Below are positions 50,323 to 61,596 of a stretch of 64,000 bases of DNA, piece after piece (the stretch's first letter is position 1; every line of letters begins with the position of its first letter). Where the stretch lies: assembly GCF_963853765.1 (NCBI RefSeq), contig NC_088854.1:54622001-54686000 (forward strand). The letters are read 5' to 3'. The DNA is from Magallana gigas (lineage: Eukaryota). The translations under genes were made by a program, and so were the position numbers. The notes under the pieces were generated by a model. The model did no database searches. It was not told where the DNA came from and worked only from the letters and a program-made list of their open reading frames with translations.

Positions 50323-50736
50323 CATAGGCGTCGGAAGCAAATTGAAAGTGGGGGGGCTAGACTAATCCTCAGAAATATTGAGAAAAAAGTAATTCCCAAA
50401 ATCATGGAAATCCTAATCCGTGGGGGGGGGGGGGGGGGGGGGGGGTAGGTATGCCTATACTTCCAGAAAAAAAAAACAATTACTTACCCAAATTTTTTTT
50501 TTCCAAAATCATGAAATTCCTAATCCGTGGAGGGGGGGGGGGGGGGGGGGGCTTATCTAACTTCTCAATCTTTCAAGGTAAATTAGGAACGATAATCTTT
50601 CCTGCGAAAAAAGTGGGGGGGGGGGGGGGGGGGCTGAACCCTTTATCATGCTATGTTTCTAATGGTTAGGTATAACTTTGCAAAAAAAAGTGGGGGGGCT
50701 AAGCCCCCCCTAGCCCCCCCGGTTCCGACGCCTATG
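50323..50736. mobile_element. poly-G MITE with 14-bp perfect TIR upstream of NOP58
   Basis: CATAGGCGTCGGAA / TTCCGACGCCTATG; TATAA on both sides; internal duplication aatcatg(g/a)aa(a/t)tcctaatccgtgg. Confidence 0.75.
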
Positions 50737-51192
50737 TATAATATTCAACGTATCTCGACCTAAAAAGGATAAAAATAGGACCCCTTTAAACAGATGAATA
50801 CATTGTGAAAAATTAAATCATAAATATCTTATTTAGTGATCCGGTCGAAATGTTTTACATGTGGCTACATTGAGAGTACGGGTTGCACGCACAGATTTTA
50901 AGGACTTTTACTTGTGATATAATTGAAATAATTGTATGTAAAGATTTTAAAAGAGGGATGTAAATTTTAAATATTGTCATTCATGCATTATGTTATAATA
51001 GTTTTGTTAAAATCGTAACTCCTGGAATAATAATAGTGTCCTGGAAGGTTTCACATAATGATATTAAGCGATATTATATTTTAGTCGATGTGCAATGCTA
51101 CATGTAGCCCAACTTTATAAATATTTTCATGCAGATCCAATTCTGTTCAACCCCCCAATTAAATCGGGATCGATAGTCAAAATTTTCTGAAA

Positions 51193-51204
51193 TGCGCATG
51201 CGCA
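51193..51204. promoter_or_regulatory. NRF1/Ewg-type palindromic site in the NOP58 promoter
   Basis: Exact TGCGCATGCGCA, 60 bp upstream of the ATG; matches the NRF1 consensus YGCGCAYGCGCR. Confidence 0.65.
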
Positions 51205-51263
51205 GTAGAAGGAAAGGAACCTCGTGGTGTTGATGTGCGAGGAGATCATTTTATGAAAACAAA

Positions 51264-54200
51264 ATGTTGGTATTATTTGAAACAGCAGCCGGTTATGCGG
51301 TGTTTAAAGTAAGTTATTAAGTCTTTTAGTGGATGCAGTTTCATTAAATCGAGCTGACAAATGAAATTGTCATAAAATTTGTCCTTAAAATTATAGATAT
51401 TTGTATATAATATTGCCACAACGTGGAAAACATGTCTAACAAATGCAAACAAATGCAATCATTAAAAACATGTATTTTACAGCTGCTGGATGAAAAGAAA
51501 TTAAAGAAAACAGAAAATTTGTATCTAGATTTTGAATCAGCAGAAAAGGCTAATCAATTGTAAGTTGTTTATATTAACAAAAATGATTTCGAAGATGCTT
51601 GCATGCCAATCAGCTGCCAATGTTAATGTGAAAGGGATTATGTGTTTTAAACAATTAATTTCAAGAACTTAATAAAAAATGTATTAAAAATTTTTTTAAA
51701 AAATGATTCTTGATAATTCTTGTAACATGTGCAGTGATTGACTGATTTATATTGGTGTTGTATTGATTAAAGGTTGAACTTGTTTCAGATTGAAAATGAA
51801 GCATTTCAAAAAGTTCCAAGACACAACTGAAGCCCTTGCAGGTGTGTAAGATTAATAGCAACTTTCGGTTCATTTAGGTTTTGTGAAAAATATATGTTCA
51901 ACAGAATCTCTCCATGACTCCTCCAATCTATGTTCGCAGACGCAACCCTTGCTAAGCTCATGATCTCCATCCACTTTCCTCTTTCTCCTTCATGACTGTT
52001 CTTCAACATGTTGTTTGGGGTCTTCCTCTCATTTCTTTGTTAATGCAGTCAGAATAAATAAGTTAAAACCTTACTTTTTTCCCTATTGCAGCTGCCACGG
52101 CCACTGTTGAGGGCAAGATGAGTAAACCTTTGAAGAAACTCATGAAGAAGGTCATAGCATCAGATGCCCAGGAAGAATTGGCAGTTTCTGATGCTAAGCT
52201 GGGGAACGTTATTAAGGTGTTAGATCAACCAAATTTATGAATTGATCAGCCATTTAGATATTTTTGTTAATTGAAAACTTTTGAATTCAAAGAAAATGAT
52301 TGTCTCATTACCAGAAAATTTTAATTGGCATATTTAGTTTTAATAAAGTAAAGCAATTTTCTTGTATGAATAGGAAAAGTTTAATATCAGTTGTGTCTCA
52401 AACTCGGCTATTCATGAGTTGATGAGAGGAATCAGATCCCAGATGGACAGTCTTATAACAGGCCTGCCACAGAAAGAAATGGCAGCCATGGCGCTAGGAT
52501 TAGCACACAGGTATATTACAATCTCTCCAACTTTGCATGTTTTTGATATGGTCCATTTCCTCTCTTTGTTGTGATATTGCACAACTTTTGTATATGATTG
52601 AGGACAACACTGATGTCCTCAGACATTACATTTCATTATGATTGTGCTGAGAAAGAAGTCTTAAAAATAATTGTTCTGCAGCAATACTCCTATTGCCTAT
52701 TTTTAGCTGTGACAGAACAATTATTAGCTCACTTTAGCTGAAAGCACAAGTAAGCTTTTCTGAACAAAATTTGTCTGTTGTCTGTAGGCCTTGGCATTGT
52801 AGTAAACTTTTCACATTTTCATCATTTTCTGCTCCAGAACCCATGGGCCGATTTCAACCAAACTTGGCATAAAGCATTACTTGGTGAAGGGGTTTCAAGT
52901 TTGTTTAAAAAAGAAGGGCTAAACCCTCTTTAAAGGAGAGATAATTTAAAATTATTAAAAATTTGTTGGTATTTTTCAAAAATCTTTGTCTCAAAATTGA
53001 TTAGGCTAGAAAAGCTGTAACTTATATGGAAGGTAGTATAGATTCAAGTTTGTTAAAATCATGGTCCCCAGGGGTAGGATGGGGCCACTATTCGGGGATG
53101 GAATTTTATTTAAGGAATATGTAGAGAAAATCTTTAAAAATCTTCTTCTTAAAAATTGTTAGGTTAGAAAAGCTTTAACTTGTGTGGAGGCATCCTCAGG
53201 TAGTGAAGATTTAAATTCCTTCAAATCGCGGTTCCCAGGGGTAGGGAAGGGCCACAATGGGGGTCAAATTTTTACATGGGAGTATATAGAGAAAATCTTT
53301 AAAATTCTTCTTAAAATCTATTCAGTCGGAAAAACTTAAACTTGTATGGAAGCATCTTCAGATAGTGTAGATTCAAGTTTGTTTAAGTCATGGTCCCCGG
53401 GGATAGAATGGGGCCACAATGGGGGGATGAATTTTTACATAAGAATGTATAAAATAAATCTTTAAAAATCTTCTCAAAAACTATTAGGCCAGAAAAGCTC
53501 AAATTTGAGTGGAAGCATCCTCAGATATTGTAGATTCAAGTTTGTTCAAATCATCATCCCCGGGGTATGATGGGGTCACATTATGGGGGGGGGGGGGGGG
53601 GGGGTGAAATTTTTACATAGGAAGAAATAGGGAAAAAAATCTTTAAAAATTTTCTTGAAAAGTATTCAGTCAAAAAGCAGCAACTTGTGTGAAAGCACAG
53701 GTTGTAGAGATTAAAGTTTGATCAAACCATGATTCCCTAGTGAAAAGAAAGGGGGGGGGGGGTTATATAGGAAAAGAGAAAAATCTTCTTACAAATACTA
53801 AAACAAAAAAATGGCCTTGGTATTTACCATAAAAATATGTGGATAAAAATCGATTTTTTTAACATTTTTTAGGCAAGACCTACTGTACTTAGTTGTCAAG
53901 ATATTTTGATTTTTATGCTGTAATGCGGATTTGATCAGAGTTAAAGTTAATGTAGCTCAGGTGAGCGATGTGGTTCCTGGGCCTTTGTTTTTTATTTTAC
54001 ATGTAGTTCATTTAAAAGAAAAACCATTTCATTCCTGAAGTATTACTAAAAAGTAATTTTTTCTTGTAGTCTATCTCGATACAAACTGAAGTTCAGTCCA
54101 GACAAAGTTGACACTATGATTGTTCAAGCTATATGTAAGTATGCACGTACAAAGAATTACTATTGTATACCAAGAATTCACAAGACTTAGTACCAATATT

Positions 54201-57200
54201 CATCACAAGTCCTGTGCATGACAATATTCTAGGCTATTAATTTGTTGAATTTGTTTTATGCAAAGTAACCCTTGGTTAGCAAATCAAAAATTTGAAAAAA
54301 TGCTGTTAATACATCACCACTATTGCAATCCTGTTGGATTTAATGCAGAATGCGTACACTTTAATCGTAATTTTTGTTCTGAGAGTTGAGTTATAACAGA
54401 AAATGGAGAAAATGTTAGCAAATTATCTTAACAATGCATATAAGACAGTGATCATAAAATTTCAGCATTATTGGATGATCTTGACAAAGAGCTGAACAAT
54501 TACATAATGAGAACCAGGGAATGGTATGGTTGGCACTTTCCAGAGCTCACAAAGATCATTGGAGACAACCTAGCGTATGCCAAATCTGTCAAGAAAATGG
54601 GTAATCTTAACTTGATTTAAGAAGATAAGAAACTGCTTATTGCTAATTTAATTAATATCCATTCTATATTAAAATCTATTATAAACAATCACTTATCCTT
54701 GCTTCCATCAGGTTACAGAACAAATGCAGTCAACACAGACCTCTCGGACATCCTACCGGAGGACATAGAACAGGAAGTGAAACAGGCAGCAGAAATCTCC
54801 ATGGGAACAGAAATCTCAGAGGAAGACATTTTGAATATCACATACCTCTGTGATCAAGTAAGTTATTTACTTTTTATTAATAGATTTAATTACAGCAGAG
54901 GCTGTAAATTCTGGCCTCCTTAATGACAACCGATGATGCATAAAAATAATTATCATCTGATGAATATTGATGTCTCATTATTTCGTCACTACCACTGAGG
55001 TTGTCTTGCTAAAAAGACAAGAAACAATATTCAATGTTTAGACTATTGATTGTTTAAGATTCAAACAAAATTTGGAATTTTGATGTGAATTGGTTGCTTG
55101 TTGTGATAGAAAATACCTCTCTAGATGTTTTTCCAACTGTCTTAGAGTTTTGTTTTATGTCTCTTTTCACATGGACAAAGTTTTGATGTAATCATGGTGA
55201 ATTGTGTACTATCATTACATATGTTATGAGTCAGGGTTTCAGTTACTGTAGGACACCTTACATATTTATTATAAAAGTAATTAGACATTCTGTTCTTAAT
55301 CTTTAAGTCATCAATATTCTCTTGTACATCATATTTTTAGCTGAATGCAATAAGTTTATAATCAAAGATAAAAATCTACATACTTGTTGCCTTCTTTGGA
55401 GGGGGGGGGGGTGAATGTTGTTTTCTTTACAAAAACTAAAGTGATGTTCTTCACAAAGATTCCCATGAGCACCCTTGATGACAACCGATGATGCATAAAA
55501 TAATTATCATCTGATGAGTATTGATGTCTCTTTATTTCGTCACTACCACTGAGGTTGTCTTGTTTTAAAAAGAACAAACTTTGTTTTCTGTGGAGACAAT
55601 TTAATTGTTAAATTTCAAATAAGATTTGAAACTTGAACATATATTGTGTTCATCAGCACTTGGAAGTTGTTTTATCTGAGTTTTAAAAGTTCTGTTTTTA
55701 ATAAAGTAGAAAGAACTCGCACACTGACAGCTACAACCAAATCTCCTAGTGGGAGTTGTCTATGAATGTTTTCTCAGATTTGTCTTTTCTTGGATTTTGT
55801 GCTATTGATATATGCCTGTTATACAGTTGAAAACAGTGTGTAAATATTGTTATTTGGTTGGAACTAACTTTATCAAAATAAGGTGTAAGAGGGTTGAAGG
55901 TGTCCATGGTTAGAACATAGTTATAGCAAAAACGCTTATTATGCATTGATGCTTACAGCAAAATGATTTTTATTCCCCAAGACTTGATTACTTGTTGTAA
56001 ACTTGATGGATACAATGATTTATGTTTATAACTAGGTAAAATCGCCCGTCCTGTGAGTATTACTGTATTAATATGACATGCAGTAAAAATCTTTTTGTAC
56101 GAACATGGATATAACAAAATCTCGGATATAGCAAAGTTTTATGGAGTCCCAAGCAGCTTTCTTAACAAATTATTGCAAAATTTTACCGAGATAACTATTT
56201 TATGGATATAGAATGATTTGATTTGTAACATATATTTTCAAATCACAATCTGATTATTTTAGGTTTCATTCAAAATAATTTATTGCGGAAGTAAATACAA
56301 ATGTGTAAAAAAAAACAACATGTTTTAGCTAAATTCACTTTGCAATTAGTTATGAGTCCAATATACCGTTATACCGAAATATGTAGATATAGCAAAGTAA
56401 ATCCAGTAGTCGTTAGAAGTTTGCTATAACCACATTTCACTGTACTTTGTTTTAAAATAAACAAAGAATTGTCTGAAACTGTATATTTTTCTTATGATTT
56501 GGGTGTATAATAACATCACAATGAGTTTTAAGCAACAGCTACTGATCTGAAGGGCATGAGTTTAAAACCTTCAATGGCCTCTAAGTTTGTTTGTTTGATA
56601 CCAATCAAAATATGTCATTCAAAGAATCAAATATCATTGGTTGTCTATTTATCAATCAGTTGAAAACATTATGATTAAAAACAGCCTACCCCAGCATGTA
56701 CTCCCACCAGCCCATGATGAGGTAGTATTCTGAGCTGAATTCTCTGATATGTCGTCATTTGTTTGTCTGACCTGAGGCTACGGGAGGTTTAAAGTAGCTG
56801 TCTTGTAATTTAACCATTCTAAATGATCAAAACAACCCCTTTCTGTAAAATGATTGATATTCAGTATGTTATGTTATGGTTCTCTTGACACTAACACACA
56901 TCTGTTGTTATTTTAAAAACCTATGTTAATGAAAGGAAGCCCACACTCAACAGGTATGTATATTTATATACCCATTTATTTTCCTTTCTTGATACTGTCA
57001 AGTTTACAGAGTGTGATCCGATTTTCCGGATTCCACACTGTGGATTTCCGATTCCGTTTCACCACTCTCTGAAACAGATGACATAGTACACATTAAATAG
57101 CGTCTGTATTTTAGCACGTTTTAAAAGTGTTCGTTTCAAAATAGCTGTTACATAAGTTAACGTCCTACAATAGATTTAATTTGTACATGTATATGTCACT

Positions 57201-60005
57201 GACTCTCGGGAGGTTGACTATATCCGTTCTTTTGGAAGTGAAAGGCGTGGGGTTTACTTAATAATGAATTTAATTGTTTAACAAGTATTTGGCAATTTTA
57301 TTGTCTCTTGTATACCAGGTATGATAAACAGAGTGGGCCAAACAAGCTACAGACTTTGAATTAGATTTCAAAAGATTTGTTGTTATCATAATTTTAGCTT
57401 TATTGTACAACTTCTTTGGGATAAACGTTTTCTTTCCCTGTGATGATTTATCCAGGTTTTAAGTTCCTGAAGCTTCATTGTTACAGTCAATGATGTGTCA
57501 ATATTCTGATCATCTGATTGTTTGTGAGGACAAGAAATGTCTGAGTATATCTGAGACTGTGAGCCAAGAACATAGGGGCACCTGTTGCAGTAATCTTTTG
57601 CATCCTTGATAAAGTGACAGAAAACTAATTCTTTGATGTGAAATGTTTCTGAAAGAAAATAACTGTCATTAGAAAAATTCAAAAACTTGTTTCATGAAGA
57701 GTGAAAACACTTTTACTGTAATATATTCTTTCAGTCATGCACTTTACAAATTGAGAATAAAGATTTCATAAAGATCGCAAACCTTTTGTTTTTGTAGGTC
57801 ATAGAGATTACTGAATACAGACAGCAACTGTACGAGTATGTGAAAAACAGGATGATGGCTGTGGCGCCCAACCTAACCGTCTTGGTAGGAGAGCTGGTGG
57901 GAGCTCGACTTATAGCTCATGCAGGTAACAATATGAGGAGTGTTCATCATTTGATACGCAAATGTGCTTAACCAAATCATGATGCTGTTTTTATGGTTGG
58001 TGCCTAAGTGTTGTTGAGGAGGTGTTAAACACAAGGAGACAAATAATCTGTGATTATAATGTCACACATACCACTCCTCTCGATGTAAAAATGGCATGTG
58101 CCTCTTTTGCAGGCTCCCTGCTGAATTTGGCTAAGCACCCTTCCTCCACAGTTCAGATTCTTGGGGCCGAAAAAGCTCTATTCAGAGCCCTGAAAACCAA
58201 GCATGACACCCCAAAGTATGGTCTCATTTACCATGCCTCTTTGGTCGGGCAGGCCAATCAAAAACTCAAGGGAAAGGTGGGTTCTTGGAAAACTACTTAC
58301 ATTAAATGGTATTAATGTGAACTTTTATTCTGGTTTATGCATGAAATTACTGCAATAAAAAGACTTGATGATGAACCTACATGTATTTGTTATTAGATGT
58401 CTAGAATGCTTGCTGCTAAAGCTGCCCTCGCGATTCGTGTTGATGCATTAGGAGAAGACACTAATGTTGAGCTAGGAATGGAGCACAGAGCCATGTTGGA
58501 AAAACGCATGAGATCATTAGAGGAGGGAAAGGTTGGTACCCCAGGGGTGTGGGCTCCACTTGTCAGTGACAGCACTGCTCCAGGGCTCCGCTGTTTATTG
58601 ACAACTTTGCTCTTGATTTGTTTGGTAATTAATTGAAAGTAAAGAAATTAAGCACCATAAAATTATAAGTTTATTTCTGCTAATATCATCAGACTTATAC
58701 AAAGCAAATGTTGAGACCTAATGTGACATAAAATGGTTGTAGTCAATAATCAAATTTAGGGTTTTAATTGTACATACTTATGTAATTAGACTTGAAGTAT
58801 GCTGTTTATGGTCTGTTGCTTAAATAGTTTTGAAACATGAGTTATATCTATTTTCAGGCAAGAAAAAGCACAGGAAGTGGAAAAACTCCTGTAAAATTTG
58901 AGAAGTATTACAACAAAAGGTAAGAATTACTTCAGGGACTAAAACCATTCACAGTTTAGTAAGAACATGTGGTCAAACACCATAGATAACTAGACTTCAA
59001 CTTTATTGATGTCCTTTTGGGAGTTGGCGAACAATAATCTTAACAAGAAAGGTTGTAAATATACGTCTGCATTTTCGCTTTTCAAGAAGTTTTATGGTTT
59101 TTATGCATTTTTTACTTTCAGTGAAGTAAAAACATATGACACAGCATTTGACTCAACTTTGCCAAGTGCCTCTAAGAAACGAAAATTTGAGGAGAATGGG
59201 GATTTGGAAGATGTAAAGCCTAAGGTCGCCAAAGTGGAAGAAGGTGGGGATGCCCCAAGCTCAGAGAAAAAGAAGAAAAAGAAGAAGGAGAAGAGGAAGA
59301 GCGAAGAACCTTTGGAGGAAGGTCAGTATAGCATTATTTATCAAGTGTTCAAATACAGCAACAATAACTAGCTTGATTAATACTGTAGATTCATTATATT
59401 ATGCAAGTATAGTCAAACCCCGTTATCTCGAACTAAATGGGACTGGTTAAAAACTTCGAGATAATCAAGTATTCTAAGTGTTTGGGACTTAAAATCACTT
59501 CGACAAATCCATGGTATTCGAGATATCGGTGTTTGAGATACCAAAGTTCAACCGTTCTTCGTTCTGCATTAAATCGTGAGAGGATAAAACCGCCAGTGAT
59601 AAAGTTTTATCCTGCTTTCATTTAGTTTACATCTGTCTGAAAATAAAAGCAAAATTTTAAAATCTGTGAGATGTGCTGTTCGCGATTTTACGTGGTTATT
59701 AATTCCTTGTGTGTTGATTAGAAATCTACAGTATACATCGGCCAATTACATGTATGTTATTTTAAGGTATTTATTCATTGTACAAGTCAATTCATAGGTG
59801 AATACCTTCATGATATTATTGATGAAAACAACAATGACTCGTAATTTCACTTGTGATTCAATTTGTAGGCAGGCCACCCCATGACAGGGTGAATGTTACT
59901 TATGCAATTGATTATTGTTTATTTTTTCCAGTTCTGCCATCTGGAGACTCAGAAAAGAAGAAGAAGAAAAAGAAGAAAATTAAAGAAGAACCGGATAGTG
60001 ACTGA
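51264..60005 (+). CDS. NOP58: nucleolar protein 58 (box C/D snoRNP core)
   Basis: Exons 51264-51308 ([15 protein letters not shown]), 51483-51559, 51789-51841, 52092-52216, 52374-52510, 54070-54134 ([21 protein letters not shown]), 54466-54600 ([27 protein letters not shown]), 54712-54857 ([10 protein letters not shown]), 57798-57924 ([24 protein letters not shown]), 58113-58276 ([30 protein letters not shown]), 58397-58531, 58858-58919, 59122-59321, 59932-60005 (Lys-rich tail). The N-terminus and FSPDKVD motif fit NOP58 rather than NOP56. Confidence 0.96.
52722..53988 (+). mobile_element. Helentron/Helitron non-autonomous element carrying ~5 Cg170-like ~166-bp satellite monomers
   Basis: 5' ttagctcac..agctgaaagcacaagt; 3' ctcaggtgagcgatgtggttcctgggcc (subTIR plus short hairpin). 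Tandem units ...ggccacaatggggg..tttttacat..aaaatctttaaaaatcttc... start near 52980, 53150, 53312, 53475 and 53657. Confidence 0.85.
54925..55005 (+). ncRNA. SNORD70: box C/D snoRNA, SNORD70-like (copy A), predicted 18S rRNA 2'-O-methylation guide
   Basis: Terminal stem GACAACC/GGTTGTC; C box ATGATGC at 54933; D' CTGA at 54957; D CTGA at 54995. Guide TTTCGTCACTACC is complementary to the conserved 18S segment GGUAGUGACGAAA; the D+5 base targets the A of GGUAG (human Am512 as recalled). Human SNORD70 is recalled to be NOP58-hosted and to end TTCGTCACTACCACTGAG. Confidence 0.85.
55480..55559 (+). ncRNA. SNORD70: box C/D snoRNA, SNORD70-like (copy B)
   Basis: Near-identical duplicate of 54925-55005, 555 bp downstream, with about three differences, none in the boxes, stem or guide. 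Confidence 0.85.
56081..56442. mobile_element. degenerate Tc1/pogo-type MITE
   Basis: Ends cagtaaaa.. / ..tttcactg followed by TA; internal repeats of gatata(a/g)caaa and cgttata. Confidence 0.45.
56701..56786 (+). ncRNA. orphan box C/D snoRNA candidate C
   Basis: Perfect C box ATGATGA (56714), D box CTGA (56772), stems AGCC/GGCT and CTCCC/GGGAG, and extra internal CTGA motifs. No target recognised. Confidence 0.65.
57481..57562 (+). ncRNA. orphan box C/D snoRNA candidate D
   Basis: Stem ACAGTC/GACTGT, C box ATGATGT (57490), D' CTGA (57506 or 57514), C' GTGAGGA (57524), D CTGA (57551). No target recognised. Confidence 0.7.
59410..59554. mobile_element. degenerate Tc1/pogo-type MITE
   Basis: TA-tagtcaaaccccgttatctcgaac at the left end; gtttgagataccaaagttcaaccg at the right end; internal ttcgagata repeats. 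Confidence 0.45.
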
Positions 60006-61596
60006 TGATGTCATAATGACATCATGTGATCAACCATTTTATCATGTGTTCATCTTGTTGTTTTATAGACTGGTCAGAATGTTAAAAGAAGAAAGAGAGA
60101 GAGAGGTGGAGAATGTGCTGGTTGTATTCAGAGTCATCTATGTCAACTCTTTGTTAAGGATAATTTGTTATATTTTACCTCCAGTAAATAGACTGATTGG
60201 ATTCATATACCCAATCATGTTAGTAGTTTTCATTTATATGACTGTATGAGGTGTTGAGAGGTCTTGCTTTTTAAAAAAGAAAGACAAATCAAGCTCAAAA
60301 AAATCACAGGCACTATGAAAACATTTACCGGGTATTTTTATAAGTTGATTATTTCCTTTTGTACTATGATATAACAAAAACATTGATATTAGTACAGTAT
60401 GGGCAATTATTTACTTACAAAAAGAAATGTCTTGCATGTCAGGACAAGTGTCTGTGCCAAAAACATAGGAAAAAATGTTCCATCTTAAATGATCTGTTTA
60501 AAAAGCAAAAGCAAAAAATCCATTAGTATTGCTGCTTCTTGAAAGTAGATATACTGTTGCAATATAAGATTATTTCGGTAAATTATGAAATGACCTTGAT
60601 GTATTAAAAAAACTTTTTACATATACTGAGTATGAATCCCTCTATTTCTTGCAAAAACTAGTTAATTCATAGCTCTATAGAAACAGCCAAACTGAAATAT
60701 ACAAGGCCGGTTTATTGATTGGTCGAAACCTACAGTGATCTAAGAATAATTAAGGACTGTAGGAACTAATCATGATGAAGCCAGACTCAAATTCCAATAG
60801 GAGACAATTTGGCTGTTTCTTTTAGCTGATGTACATTTACAGTAATTTAGTGAATATGATATACTTTTTACAATCAGTTTAAAGAAAGATTTATGTATAA
60901 ACAATAAAATTCTCACTTTGGTGATTTATTTGGGTTATGTAGTTTTTCTAGTCTGTGGTCGCCTTCATGTCCCGCATAAATTACCAAAGAAAGCATTTTA
61001 TTCTTTAAAAGGAGCAATCTTCTCGAAAATAGTTGGTAAATATATGGAAGAATCGCCAGGTAGTATCAAATCAAGGTTGCTGAAATAAAGATCCTCAGGA
61101 GTAGGGTTCACCAAATGGGGAGGGGATAGGGTCACTTTTCACATAGAAACACAATTGCTTAAATTTTATTTGCAATTGATATTCATTCGGCGTCATATAT
61201 TTTAACTTCTTTAAAACTAGCATGCAATTCGATGCATCTAATGCAAAGAGATGGGTTCTAAAGATAGGGCGAAGATGGTAAAGTTTTTCATTTTTTAAAT
61301 GCTTTGGGAAAGAATATCCGTCTGGTCATGGAGGGGGGGGGGGGGTGAAACATGAATACTAGCCATTTTTAGTCATTGTTTTTGAAAACACGCTCATGTA
61401 AAAGCTATCTTGAACAAATTATGGGAAAACCATTTCCTATCATTAGAGTCTTGCACCTCTTTAGTATCTGGTCATGCACTCTTATTATCTTTAATTTTTT
61501 CACCAAAATGTAAACATTTCACATATATATAGTCCTTGTTGCAAGATTTCTGGTAGGTAAGAGGGTGTGATCATAGTCATACTTGGAGGTTTTTTG

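Noticed and set aside
52565-52656. Possible C/D snoRNA in NOP58 intron 5
   Set aside because: C box (GTGATAT) has two mismatches and the terminal stem is weak.
56718-56727. TGAGGTAGTA, identical to the first 10 nt of let-7
   Set aside because: No complementary star arm or pre-miRNA hairpin; it overlaps the C box of snoRNA candidate C, so it is probably coincidence.
57001-57075. Fifth C/D-like candidate (gtttacagag...ctctgaaac)
   Set aside because: C box GTGATCC is poor and the D box is buried in the stem; not supportable without expression data.
60005-60025. 9-bp hairpin at the NOP58 stop codon (SECIS, readthrough or K-turn?)
   Set aside because: TGA is followed by a second TGA, there are no SECIS features, and the geometry does not give a canonical C/D kink-turn.
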